Below are positions 50,821 to 62,247 of a DNA stretch of 64,000 bases, in pieces; position 1 is the first letter of the stretch, and each line of letters begins with the position of its first letter. Below the pieces are notes generated by a model. The model saw only the letters and a list, made by a program, of their open reading frames with translations, had not been told where the DNA came from and did no database searches. Origin of the DNA: Epithemia pelagica. Lineage: Eukaryota; Protista; Bacillariophyta. Where the stretch lies: the NCBI GenBank assembly GCA_946965045.2, contig OX337228.1, positions 186,001-250,000 of the forward strand, given 5' to 3'. The position numbers and the translations under genes were made by a program.

Positions 50821-52182
50821 CTACGACCCTTGGCGAATCTGCTGGTGAGAAGAATCGGCCGATTGCAGCAATTTCGCTTGCACGCCAACAAGTTTGTTCA
50901 TGGCACACTTTGTGTAAGGCTCGGAGGATCCACCGCGACTAATCTGCAGGGCTCGGACCGCCTTTTGGAACGCATTCTTGGCCCGTTCCCAGTCACGCGT
51001 CTGTACGAGCAAGTCTCCCAGGCGCTCGTATCCGAACCCAGTGTGCTCATCCAGGTAGTCCTCGCCATGGAGGCGAAACCGGCAATTGATCCACTTGCGT
51101 TGGACCATAATGGCACGCTCCAGTGCGTTGGTTTGCTCAAACACTTCGCATTGAGCTCGGTAGATCTGAAGCGCCAGTGCGTGAGACTCGTGAGGTGGCT
51201 TGAGATTCTTGAGCGCCACCGTAATATCTACCCGAAGCCCGTTGTCCGCCACATAATCCACGTAGTCGATCTTACGCCTCGTATCATCTTCTTGTTCTAG
51301 CATTGTCTCCTCGAAGGATGCGGGTGCCGACTCTCCGCATACATGACACGGAAGGAGAACAGCAAGATCCTCTTGGTCGTCTTGTTTCACGTAGTGGTGA
51401 CCGCTGCATCTCTTGTCATGGCACCGGAAGCGTCGTGAGTCATCCCCTCGAGGAGAAGTACAGCGCTTGCAGATGCAGACAAAGTTCTTGAATGTCTGGA
51501 GTTGGTTTCGCCGGACGTATACCGGTTTTTCGAGGACATGGGGGTCTAGATAGCTAATGGTCAACACATCACCAGCTTTGACTGGTTCCAGAAGCCTGAC
51601 AATCTTGGAACAGCCATCTTGGGAACTGAACCAGGTACAGTTCGGCCGGCATGAGTGAGTCAACCGACAAGCTACGAGGAAGAGACCGTGTCCATACTGC
51701 CCAAGACTTGCACCGCTTCCGTCAGCTGCTGCTGGATGGATGGTTACTGAATTGAATTTGACAACCATGGTCAAGTTGACAAACTCTCTGACAGCTTCCG
51801 TGGACTCTAGAAACGGTTTCACGAATTCGTGAACGATCTTTGCCTCCTTTCCATCCATTTCTGCGTAGAATGACAAAACCTTGTCTTGTATGTCCTTTGG
51901 TTGGTCCAGAAAGTGCAGATAGTCCGTCCAGCTACGCGGATCCAAAACACGCGATGGTCCCCATGGAGGCACGATGCTCAGGTTCCGCGGAGGGAATGCA
52001 ATCAGCGCTACACCTCGAAACCGAGACAGCCCGGTTCCAGATCGCTTTTGGCAACAACTGCCTTTCCAAACTCCTGCGTCTCTTGAATACGGACGAATAC
52101 CATTTTTCTTGAACCCTCGAAGCCCCTTTGTGCATCCAACTCCCCTCACTTCACACGAAAGTCTGAAATCAATTCCCGCCAA
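50821..52182 (-). CDS. SMYD-like SET-domain lysine methyltransferase with C-terminal TPR-like helices
   Basis: ACRLTHSCRPNC (NHSC motif variant), GDVLTISYL, post-SET FVCICKRC, and a TPR-like GDLLVQTRDWERAKNAFQKAV. Confidence 0.82.
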   Translation of the reverse strand: MAGIDFRLSCEVRGVGCTKGLRGFKKNGIRPYSRDAGVWKGSCCQKRSGTGLSRFRGVALIAFPPRNLSIVPPWGPSRVLDPRSWTDYLHFLDQPKDIQDKVLSFYAEMDGKEAKIVHEFVKPFLESTEAVREFVNLTMVVKFNSVTIHPAAADGSGASLGQYGHGLFLVACRLTHSCRPNCTWFSSQDGCSKIVRLLEPVKAGDVLTISYLDPHVLEKPVYVRRNQLQTFKNFVCICKRCTSPRGDDSRRFRCHDKRCSGHHYVKQDDQEDLAVLLPCHVCGESAPASFEETMLEQEDDTRRKIDYVDYVADNGLRVDITVALKNLKPPHESHALALQIYRAQCEVFEQTNALERAIMVQRKWINCRFRLHGEDYLDEHTGFGYERLGDLLVQTRDWERAKNAFQKAVRALQISRGGSSEPYTKCAMNKLVGVQAKLLQSADSSHQQIRQGS

Positions 52183-52685
52183 AAATTGGTGCTGTAGAGC
52201 TACCTTAGGTAGTTCAAGGATTCTTCCCGGTTGTACAATAAATTCCTACTGTAGTACAAAATGTAAGACGAGCTAGCCACATAGTCTATTATGGAGCCCT
52301 AGTCTAGTAGTATGGATGTTGTGATTCATCAAACGGCCGTTGTGGCAATCCGACGCGCCATGGCAAAGCGGTAGCGAGGCCAGAGACAATGCCAGGCGGC
52401 AAACAAGACGAGGGCATAGACAATGGCCCCCACCAAGACGAGCACCAAGGTCCATTCGGGGCGATTCCACCACACAGGATGGTCTGGAGAAGAACTGCCA
52501 TTCGAGTCGACGGCCGATTCTTCCTTGTGGCAATTACCACCAAAAAAATCAAAACGATCCATCCCTCCACGTCATCTTCATCGTCTTCGTCATTGTTGTT
52601 ATTGTTGAAGCGACCGGCATTGGTCGTTCCCACAAAGGCCCCGGTAGAACTGCCACAACAGTTACTACGTTGCGAGGCTTTTCGA

Positions 52686-53603
52686 TTAGAAATTTTGATG
52701 AACCTCATTCATATTTTTAAAGATTGCTGACGCTTTGATCTTGTATTCACCGCAAATCCACGCCCAAAGACCAGTGATACCCAAATCTTGAAGAGTAATG
52801 GTCATGTAAATCTCCGGTCCATCTGGCTTGTAGTACCTGTGCTGAGCGTTTAAATTGTTGGGATCACACGCATTAGCGATAGTGGTACCATGTGGTAGTC
52901 GATAAATATCTAGACCTGCCATGTCTTGTATTTTGTCTCCCCCTGGCAACTTTCTCTTTTTGGAGAATTGTACTTTGATGAGATATCCCAGAGATGGACG
53001 GGCGTGGGATACGTCGCCACGGTTTTTTTCTAATGATAGGTTCATCATATCATCAATGGCGTTCTCTTTGTACGCTTGTGTATTTTTCCAGCAAAACTGA
53101 ATGATGACATCTGGAACAGATCCTTTGACGGCAAGAGATAAATTCTTCTCCTCGTCTCGAATACATCGAGGGAACCCCCAAAAACTCAAATCAGGATCAC
53201 GTGACCGTCCATTCGAGAGGTGGATTTTGTGCGTTGGACTAGACAACCCCCACCGATCTTTTGCCCAATTGAGAGTGAAATCATTAGCATAGTATGTTGT
53301 GAATTCATTGTGTTGAACCGAGGGCATGATCAATCGTGGCTTTCCGCCCACGAGAACAACAGGAAGATCTCCGACCCCAGCCTTGTCAAGCGCATCCTCA
53401 AGTTCTTTCTCCGTTTGAAAACGACGGTCTTTTCCAATTTCTTCAGCAACTTCAGAGGGGAGATCCCCTAACTCTTCGTCCGCCTCCTCAGACTCAATGC
53501 TGTCGTTGTCTTCCTCGTCGATGTTGACGCTTGTGCAATCCTTTTCTGCAGCGTCACCGGGCTCCGCGCCCTCCTTCTTTTCTTCTTCGTTTTCAATTTC
53601 CAT
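52686..53603 (-). CDS. Uma2-like restriction-endonuclease-fold protein
   Basis: VLVGGKPRLIMPSVQHNEF...RSRDPDLSFW...PDVIIQFCWKN follows the Uma2 layout (G....mP...H; PD; PDlvvEv), with Q at the usual E position. Confidence 0.5.
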   Translation of the reverse strand: MEIENEEEKKEGAEPGDAAEKDCTSVNIDEEDNDSIESEEADEELGDLPSEVAEEIGKDRRFQTEKELEDALDKAGVGDLPVVLVGGKPRLIMPSVQHNEFTTYYANDFTLNWAKDRWGLSSPTHKIHLSNGRSRDPDLSFWGFPRCIRDEEKNLSLAVKGSVPDVIIQFCWKNTQAYKENAIDDMMNLSLEKNRGDVSHARPSLGYLIKVQFSKKRKLPGGDKIQDMAGLDIYRLPHGTTIANACDPNNLNAQHRYYKPDGPEIYMTITLQDLGITGLWAWICGEYKIKASAIFKNMNEVHQNF

Positions 53604-54674
53604 TGCCGTCTGCTTATGGTGAGTCGGTCAATTGAAATAAACCAAACCCAGGTTACCCAGAGCGAACCGTATGAACTTTGCTCGTTAGGGAATATCGAAT
53701 ACGACGGTATCCACCTTTTCGAGTTGCGAGTTGCGAGCCACGGGCGACAGATTTCGGGTGAATGGATGTTGGATGTATCAGTCCCGGGCGTTGTGACGTG
53801 TCTTGCCCCCAAGCGGAGTGGGAGTCGTGAGGCTTCGTGAATGCTAGAAGATTTATGTTCTATACCTAGTTGTGATTGCTGGGAATTTTTCCTTCCATGA
53901 GGATTTTGAGTTCCGCTATCCGCGACTGAAAAATGAGCGAGATCTCTCGAAAAGATCCCCAAGATCTTTCTGACCATATCGCATCCCTTCCACTCTCTCT
54001 CCTTCGCTCTGATGTGATGGATGAAGGCTTTACACAACTCGGCAACACTAAGGGAAGCATGACATGTACTAACCAAACATTCGTTGCCCGTTGCAACGTG
54101 TGAATTCCCATAGCAGTACAATTGTGTCAAAAAATAGGCATAAGATCACCACAACCCCACCGTATTTAGCAATTTGAAGCTTGATTGTCATGGGGAAAGA
54201 ACCACTCTCTGTTTGTTCCTGATTTCTCTGTTATGATGAAACCTATCCGGTTACAACATGTTCCTCCACCGAGTCACCTTCTCCCGCCGAACCATTGGGG
54301 TCCCACTCCGGTGTATAGACATTATTCTCTGTCCATACAGAGGTAATATGTACATTTTCTTCCCTGTTGGAATAATAGCAATTGGATGTTGCTGCCACAG
54401 GTGCAGTGCAGGGCAATGCAATCGCAGCGATTCACGAACTACAGTGTCTTGAAAAGGGGACGGGTTATAGGGACAAGCCCGACCACTCGCTGCGACCACT
54501 CGCTGGGCTATTTCGAACTAATGCCTTCCTTATACCTGAGAACCTAGATAATCATTAAAAAACAATTGAAATAATAGCATCTGTACAGCTGGTTGGACTT
54601 TGGGTGCCTTGGTCCTTCCCCGATCCCAATAATATATTAGAACGTTTGCCCTCTCCTTTTACAGAACGACGCTA

Positions 54675-56580
54675 TTACACCATTGCAAAGTAATCTAGCG
54701 AAGCATCCCCCCGTTCCTCCCCCGTCATGACAACATCTTCGGAATGTGTGTTTGGTTCATGTTGTTGTGGTTGTATTGGTTCCATAGTTGCTGCTGGTAT
54801 GGATGGTGCTCCCTCCTGGTCTAGTACTACGAGCTCGGTTCGGGAACGTTTGGCAGCCGGTGATGGTTCCTGAATTATTTGGTGGTACGAGACTGGTTCC
54901 TCCTTCATATGTTCTGCTTGGACGGGTGACGGATGTCGTCGTTGCCAACACAGTTTTGGATCCATGGATCCTTGTCCAAATTCCGTCATGGCATAGGCTG
55001 CCAACATGAGAGGATTGCTGGTTCCATCTTGCTCACCACCATTGGTGTCATTCTGGTCTGCCGTTGTCGTCGTTGTAGTGGTAGGATCCCCTTCTTCCAT
55101 GGGTGATGTACTGTCCACAGCACTGGACAGGGGATCCAATGTCATGCGACGACGGTGCAATGCCGCCGCGGATGCTTTTTGGGCCGATTGCATCACGTGT
55201 GCCGGATGCAAATGATGAAACAAGGTTTCTCCCTGGCTTCCCAAAACAATGCCCATGTGTGTTGTTGTTGTGGTGGTTGTGGATGGTGCGGCCACGAACG
55301 GTGCCAATGGTGTTGTTGCGGTGGTTGCTGCCGTGGTAAAAAAGGCGTCCATGGTGGCGGAGGTGCTGGTCGCTGCCGGTGTGGTAGGATTGCCACCACC
55401 ACTCCCGTCGGCGTCTCCCGCGTCCACGACGACAGGATCTCGGTTTTTGCACCCGACACAACGACATTGGGACGTGCACTTGACGCCTCCGGCATAACAT
55501 TCACAATACTACGGATTCGGAATGTTGTATGATGAAGCAGAACAAGGGTATAAAACACAGAAACAAACCATACAAGACACTGTGGGTGAGCAATCACAGA
55601 TACGGCAAGGTGCCTTGAACAGGAACACGAACCTTTTTCATACAGCCCGATTTGCGACATTTGCAACCCAGTTTATGCGACAAGAGTTTGGGTGCCGTGG
55701 CCGTCACAGTCACGGCACTTCCGAGGTAGGTACTATTCGTGTTGGAACCCATGGTACTGGAATCGGCGGTTGTCGTTGTCGTTGCTGTTGTCGCCAGGAA
55801 TTTGGTATCAAAGGCCATGGGATTGCGAGCCAAAATGAGACGCATGGCATCTTGACGAGCGTCTTCTTGGTCTCGTGTATTGTGACAATTGACGCATCGA
55901 CAATTGGGTCCACAATAGAGTTTGGCGGCAAAACATTGACAATACAATTTGAGACATCGAGTGCGCTTGCAGGTACATCCCACGGGATGAACCTCGTCCT
56001 CGCCGTCGGCAGCAGTAGCAGCACCAGCAGTAGTACTGGCAGGGCCGTCCGTGGAAGATGACGCGACCGTAATGGACGGATGGGTGTCGGTGGGAGCTCC
56101 TACGGCGGGCCAGAAACTGGGGTGATCGTTACTGCCAGGGCCGTTATTCTCCGTGGGAGTATCGCCTCCAGGATTGGGCGTGGTAGGAAAGGATCCTAGA
56201 GTTTCAGATGGTTGTTGGGAGGGCGGCGTGTGTTGTTGTTGTTGTGCGGTGGGAGATGCTGTTGTTGTTGTTGTTTCGGTGGATAGAGGTTTCAACAGAG
56301 GCTGGTGCTGCTGCTCATCTGCTGGTTGTTGCTCTTCTTCTTTCATTTGTGGTTCTTGTTGTTGTGGTTCTTGTTGTTGTTGCTGCTGTTCCTCCTCAAA
56401 GTGCTGCTGTTGCTGCTGCTCTTGGGGAAGGAGTGCTGGGGCTTCCAAGGGGGATTCTTCCAATGGCTGCGGAGCTGTAGTCGCAGCATCCGCAGCATTC
56501 GGAAGGGACAGTGTCGACAGAGCCTCCGAGTCCAACGAAGCATCTCCCAATGGCTCTGTTTGATGGTTCAAATCGGCCAT
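54675..56580 (-). CDS. Tesmin/TSO1/LIN54-like CXC (CRC) domain protein; exons 56580-55633, 55508-54675
   Basis: GCTCKRTRCLKLYCQCFAA...CRCVNCHN plus a second CXC (GCKCRKSGCMKK|YCECYAGGVKCTSQCRCVGCKN) completed across a 124-nt GT..AG intron. Confidence 0.92.
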
Positions 56581-56780
56581 GGCAGAAATCTTCTGGACTC
56601 CTATCTAAAAAACAATGATACTATCATGATTCGTTTGTTTTGGTGGAAACAGCACAGAACTCTATGATGTGAGAGACCATTGTCATTGCTGCCACAATAA
56701 TCGCTGTACAAAACATATGGCTATGCTAGAGTCGTCCTATCTACTACGCCTTCCGTGGTGCAAACGGTGACACTGCCAGC

Positions 56781-56782
<2 letters not shown>

Positions 56783-56830
<48 letters not shown>
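56783..56830 (+). repeat. (CT)24 microsatellite
   Basis: Uninterrupted CT run upstream of the CXC gene. Confidence 0.95.
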
Positions 56831-56834
<4 letters not shown>

Positions 56835-57599
56835 ACACAGCGCTTCTTGTCGACTTTCTCGCACACTGGACGCCATTGGCAGTCTAGAATCTCACAACCA
56901 CAAAGACTCACTGAAAAATCTCCCCTTGTCGTGTTTGGAGATTCAAAATCTCAAGTCTTCAATTTGTTATTCAAACTTTTGGACGGCCGTGGCACATGGT
57001 GGCCGATGATTCAAAAAATACAAAATTTTGGATTTCAATCGACACGCGGACGAATACGACCCAGCCGTTATCGGGGTATTTGTAACGCACGTAGAGCGAT
57101 ATCTAACGGTTTCGCAATTGCCCCCAAGGTCAAGTCCTGTGTGCTTGGGAGTGACCCATGGTTTGGTGTCACCGAATGGTGTCAGCAGTTCCCCCTCCAC
57201 TGGGGGAAGCGGGAACACCTTCCGGAAGTGACCTACAAACAAGTGTTATATAGGTACATTCGAATCGATAGTCAAAGTGATATTCGGCATGTCTTAAATC
57301 AAATGCGATCAGTGTGACTTGGACTGTATCACGAACAGCTTCCAACCACGCATGCGGCATCAGTCCTCAGTCCTCAAGCGCCGCTTCCGTTGGAGGCACC
57401 AACCTATTATGCGCCGCAACCGCCGACTGTCGAGATTTTTGTGCTTTCAAAAGACCAGAGAACGACGATTTTAGCCACGCACCCACCGCAGTCACTCTGG
57501 TGTAGACAAACCAAAAAATAACTCTCGTGACAAGTCTTGCTCCCGAATTGAAGAATTAATCAGAGAGAGAGACAGAGAGACAAACACATCAACAACAAA

Positions 57600-59224
57600 A
57601 TGGTGAGTGTCGCTGTGTGTGTGCAATGTGGAATGTTGGTTGTGAAGCGATCGTCCCAATAGCATAACTTCAACCAACCACGTGCGGAGACTCCACCACC
57701 TTCTGGTCCATACCACTCGCTCGCAGTGACCGCTGCTTCGGGTTTGAGTCATGGTGCGAATACCACGCCTTCACATTTTAGAATTCTTTTCAGTCTTCCT
57801 CTCGGATACGACGCTGACTGTGATCCGACCATGGCGAGGAGGGTGTACTTGTTGCGGCTCCTCTGGCACGATTACCGCTCTGTTGTCCGGAACAGAAGAA
57901 CGGTGTCACCACCAGCCGGAAAACTAGCTGTTCTGGCACCACTCGCGTTTGGAAACCCTGTGCCACACATATCGACTGGATGTCTATCAGATCTCTGATC
58001 CTCCCTTGTCTTATGTTTCCTAGAATGACGAGTACAGCCATGAGTTGGACGAAGAGCCCCTCGTAGACGCAGAGACGACGACCGCAAGTCCTGGAAGGGG
58101 CGGCAAAAGTTCCAAGAAACGGCGTGACACGCTACGGAAAGCGCCACAAGCACCCAAACGGTTCAAATCCAGCTATATTTGCTTTTTCATGGCCAAACAA
58201 CCGGAAATCAAGGAATCCCTTGGTGATAAGGCTACCGTCACGGAAATCTCCAAGCGCTCGGCCGAAATGTGGTAAGTCACTGGCCGCGTTCTTCCAAAAC
58301 ATGGTGCTTGATCGAAGAGTGTCACCCATTATGGTTCCGGCCATGTCCTCATCTTTGTGTGTGTCCCTGCATGACGTTTTAGGAAAGGCTTGTCGGCTGA
58401 AGACCGTGCGTACTGGGATGATGTTGCCGCCAAAGACAAGGAACGATACATGGTAGAAAAGGCATCCTACACGGGTCCCTGGCAGGTACCTTGGAAACGC
58501 GCCAAGAAAGATCCCAGTGCTCCCAAACGGCCCATGTCGGCCTTTTTGTACTTTTCGCAAGGAAAACGAACCCTGCTCAAGAAGCAACATCCGGAAATGA
58601 AGAATACCGAAGTGTCCCGGTTGCTGGGAGAAATGTGGCGGAATGCACCCGACTCGGAAAAACGCCCGCACATTGAAAAAGAAAAGGAAGAACGCGAAAA
58701 GTACAAGGTGGCCATTGCCAAATGGCGCAAGGACGCGGACGCTCGACAAGAAGCGCAAAAGCAGGCCGCCGCGGAATGGACGGAACCACAGCCATCGGCA
58801 CCCGTGGACGGAGGAATCCCAGCACCGGCACACCATTATTCGCGCGATCACAGTTACCCCCATCCACCTCCGGGACAGTACATGTACCAGCCGCCGCCCT
58901 TTCCCTATCGTAAGTTTCGAAACGCATTAGACCGCGCCTGACTGTTTCAGCAACCATGTCTATCTCTCACACACACTTTGCTTCACCACCTTCATTATAG
59001 CGTATTCGACTGGACCGTACAACTTTCCTCCTCCCCCCGGTCCCGGTGGGAAACAGCAACATGTGATTTTGGGCCCCAATGGTGTGCCGCATCACTATCC
59101 TCCTCCCGTGGGTCAAGGATCGTATCCTCCCGATCCGTCGCACGGATATCCTGCTGATGATGGCCTGGGTCCCGACTCGCACATGCCCTTTGAGTATCAT
59201 GACACGGTAGAAACAACCGAGTAG
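57600..59224 (+). CDS. Double HMG-box protein; exons 57600-57602, 58024-58271, 58383-58909, 59001-59224
   Basis: APKRFKSSYICFF...EISKRSAEMW|KGLSAEDRAYW and APKRPMSAFLYFSQ...LGEMW are two HMG boxes. GTAAGT donors at 58272 and 58910 splice in frame to a Pro/Tyr-rich last exon. The ATG-only first exon is inferred. Confidence 0.88.
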
Positions 59225-59489
59225 ATGGGTTGCCAACATGTGTGTGTGTGTTTGGATGTGCCAGGCTTTTCTGGGTGTGTGCACAAAGTGTACATGTGTG
59301 TGTATGGTGCAGCCGCACAAGTTTTGAGTGTGAATAGCAAGAGTGTGCGACGCACGCTGCAAGGAAACGAGTGGATGGCTACTGGGTCCACGATGACGAC
59401 AACGACGACGTGTGTGTGTAAGATGTGTATCAAGTGTGTGTATTGAATCAAGTATTGCTGTTCTATTTCTATAATAATCACTGCGTGGA

Positions 59490-59767
59490 AGAGAGAGAGA
59501 GATGGATTTGTGGAATGACATTTTTCTCTCTCAATTGCGTTGCTATACAAACTATTACTCTAATAAGAACAAGAATAATCGTACGACTCTGTATGTCTGT
59601 TTCATAGAAAGGGTTTGTGCGTCATGACATGTAGCCTATCCTCCTCGAGTTTTATGCCTCAAGCTATCTCTATCGAGAGAGAGAGAGATGGATTTGTGGA
59701 AGGACATTTCTCTCGGTTGTGTTGCTCTACAAACTACTAGGAGTAAGAACAAGAAGAATCGTACGAC
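59490..59767. repeat. ~95-bp direct repeat pair
   Basis: agagagagagatggatttgtggaa.gacattt...tacaaacta.ta...taagaacaagaa.aatcgtacgac at 59490-59587 and 59675-59767. Confidence 0.85.
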
Positions 59768-60474
59768 GCTTGTCGGTGTGAGTTTCACAGAAAGTCCTTC
59801 TTGGTAGCGCATCAACTTCTGGCTCTCTCTACTCTAGAGTTTGGCGTCGAGGCATGGTACCAAAGCGTCCTGTATAGTAGAGACATGCCGAGTTTGATGC
59901 CTCCAGCCTCCAGCTCTCCCTATCCTGTAGTACGACTAGTCTAGGTGTATGTGCCATCGACACAACATAGAAGACCAGGATGCGCAATTGGAGGCCAGGT
60001 TGGATCAAAGTTCCAAGGCGATGAAGTGGTTCGTTCCGATTTCCGATGACGTAGTGGAGGCATAGATGGAAGGAGTACTGCCCTGGGAGCAAGGGGCTGT
60101 AGTCAAAGGAAGATCGGAACGGACAGCGCCGAGGCCAGCCCAAATGGTTACACGATCGATTCCGTTAAGTGCAAGGTTCTTCTTAGTACTGATAGGGACA
60201 CACTACGCCAGCCACGCCTCGTTCCCATAATTCCTCTCGAGAGTCAACCGACGCCGGGCGGTCGCCAAAAAGACTGCACCAAACGCTTCAAGCTTCTTCA
60301 AGAGAGGGTGAACCAAAACATAACACCCCTTCCCACTTTTTGAGAAAGGGCGATACAGTGGCACGACAACACAACGAGAAAGACTTGTTGTTGCGCAACC
60401 AAAAGGATCCATAGATCTCTCATTGGAACACGACGACCATCTCACAAAATCTTTCTGGATCATCCTCCCGAATC

Positions 60475-62247
60475 ATGAAGCTTTCGGAACCACCAGCCAA
60501 CGACCACAAACTCTTCGAATCGCCGTCCCAGCAGCAACCGTCAATGTTGTCTCGAGTATGGCAGGGTTGGTTTCCAGGCACAAACGATGAATCCTCTCTC
60601 CATGAAATTGAAAATATCAATCGCATGTTGGCGGCCGCAGAGATTTCCAGTCGAATTCACGTGTCACCAGCAGCCGAACAAGCAGCACCACCAGCACTTG
60701 GCCAACGACAACGACACAAGTACAAGTTTCAGATTGGACCCGACAATCCCCAATTCTTTTATGAAACGAATGACGAGGACGACGACGACGACGATGCTCA
60801 AAGTGTCGTGTCGGAATTGACGGCCCCGACCGTTCTGGCCTCGTCGTTGTCGTTGTCGCCTTCACGGTCCACTACAACCACCACTACCAAACCAACCACA
60901 ATGCCACGACGATCCAGTCGCATGATGGGTTTGTTGTTGGAGGAATTGAACGATGACGACGAAGAGTATCCCGAAGTGATGCAAACCTCGTCGGCCTCGT
61001 CGCAAGTCGAAGATGCCTGGTCCGACACGTCGTCGCAACAAGCCCGACAACCGGCCATGGTGGATCATGTCGATTCCCTCCACCAATTTCTCCAAGCCGT
61101 GACCGAGTTGGATCCTGTCGTACGAGCGACCATGGATCAAGCGCGGGCCTACAGTCACCAACAAGAGGATTTCTCACACAAGGGATCTGCCACCACATCA
61201 CAACTACCCACTGGCCATGCCTGGAGCAAGGCCTTTCAACTGCAATTTCTGCGGGCCGAATACTATGTCGTCGATCGGGCCGCCCATCGCTATGCTCGGT
61301 ATTGGCATGCCCGTCATTACTTGTGGGGAAAATCATCCAATGACAACAAGGAGTGCGCCTATGCACCCTGCTTGACGCAAGCACGGTGCTTTCGCCCGGG
61401 AAGCCTGGATGCCACCGTGTTGTCGAATCATGCCTATGTCCGGGCGGTACCCAACCACGAACGTGTCTTTTACCTGGATCCCTCTTGTGTCCATCCCGAC
61501 ACGTGTCCCATCGAATCCGTCCTCAAAGCAGCGTGGTATGTGTTGGAAACGTGTTTGGACCAGAGCGTGGAACACCTTCAATGCGAAGGTGCCATTTTCG
61601 TGTTGGACATGGGTCGTTTGACGCCGGGATCGTGGCGCACCAATCCACAAGCGGTGTATTATCATCAAACGTTGTTGTCCCAATTCCTGACGCTCTTGAT
61701 TCACGAGAGTTTGCCCATTCGGTGTGCCTCCTTTTGTATCCTCAATGGCGGCGCCTGGAACTGGGTTCTGCCCTGGTGGATTCCGCCCGAATTGCGATCC
61801 ACCGTCCATACCCTGGATTGTCGGGTGGAGTCGCAAGCACCAGCACCAGCCGTCGTGGTAGACGACTCGTTGGAAACGGCCGCCGCCGCCTATCATCATC
61901 ACGACATGGTACGGGACTGGACGGGAGGTGTCGTGGACCTACAACAGAATCCTCCCTTCGTGCAGCCCACCCTGCACGATCATCAAGCCTGGTTAAGGAC
62001 GCAACGGCACCAAGAAGAAGAAGCAGCAGCGTTCAATACCCAGACGACGACTTTCAAACCTCCGTCAAAACCCATCAAACGAGTTACAGTGACAGACGGC
62101 CCACCCACGATTCTCAACCTGCACGAATGGTCGCCACCCCGACGACGATGGTCTTCCCGCAAACAACATCCACCACCACCACAATCCTCCACCAAACGTG
62201 GTGGTGGTGTCCACAAATCCAAGCTTGCCCGACGGACTTCCTATTAG
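60475..62247 (+). CDS. CRAL-TRIO/Sec14-like domain protein with low-complexity N-terminus
   Basis: FQLQFLRAEYYVVDRAAHRYARYW (CRAL-N-like), then GAIFVLDM...LPIRCASFCILN (Sec14-like core). Confidence 0.6.
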   Translation: MKLSEPPANDHKLFESPSQQQPSMLSRVWQGWFPGTNDESSLHEIENINRMLAAAEISSRIHVSPAAEQAAPPALGQRQRHKYKFQIGPDNPQFFYETNDEDDDDDDAQSVVSELTAPTVLASSLSLSPSRSTTTTTTKPTTMPRRSSRMMGLLLEELNDDDEEYPEVMQTSSASSQVEDAWSDTSSQQARQPAMVDHVDSLHQFLQAVTELDPVVRATMDQARAYSHQQEDFSHKGSATTSQLPTGHAWSKAFQLQFLRAEYYVVDRAAHRYARYWHARHYLWGKSSNDNKECAYAPCLTQARCFRPGSLDATVLSNHAYVRAVPNHERVFYLDPSCVHPDTCPIESVLKAAWYVLETCLDQSVEHLQCEGAIFVLDMGRLTPGSWRTNPQAVYYHQTLLSQFLTLLIHESLPIRCASFCILNGGAWNWVLPWWIPPELRSTVHTLDCRVESQAPAPAVVVDDSLETAAAAYHHHDMVRDWTGGVVDLQQNPPFVQPTLHDHQAWLRTQRHQEEEAAAFNTQTTTFKPPSKPIKRVTVTDGPPTILNLHEWSPPRRRWSSRKQHPPPPQSSTKRGGGVHKSKLARRTSY

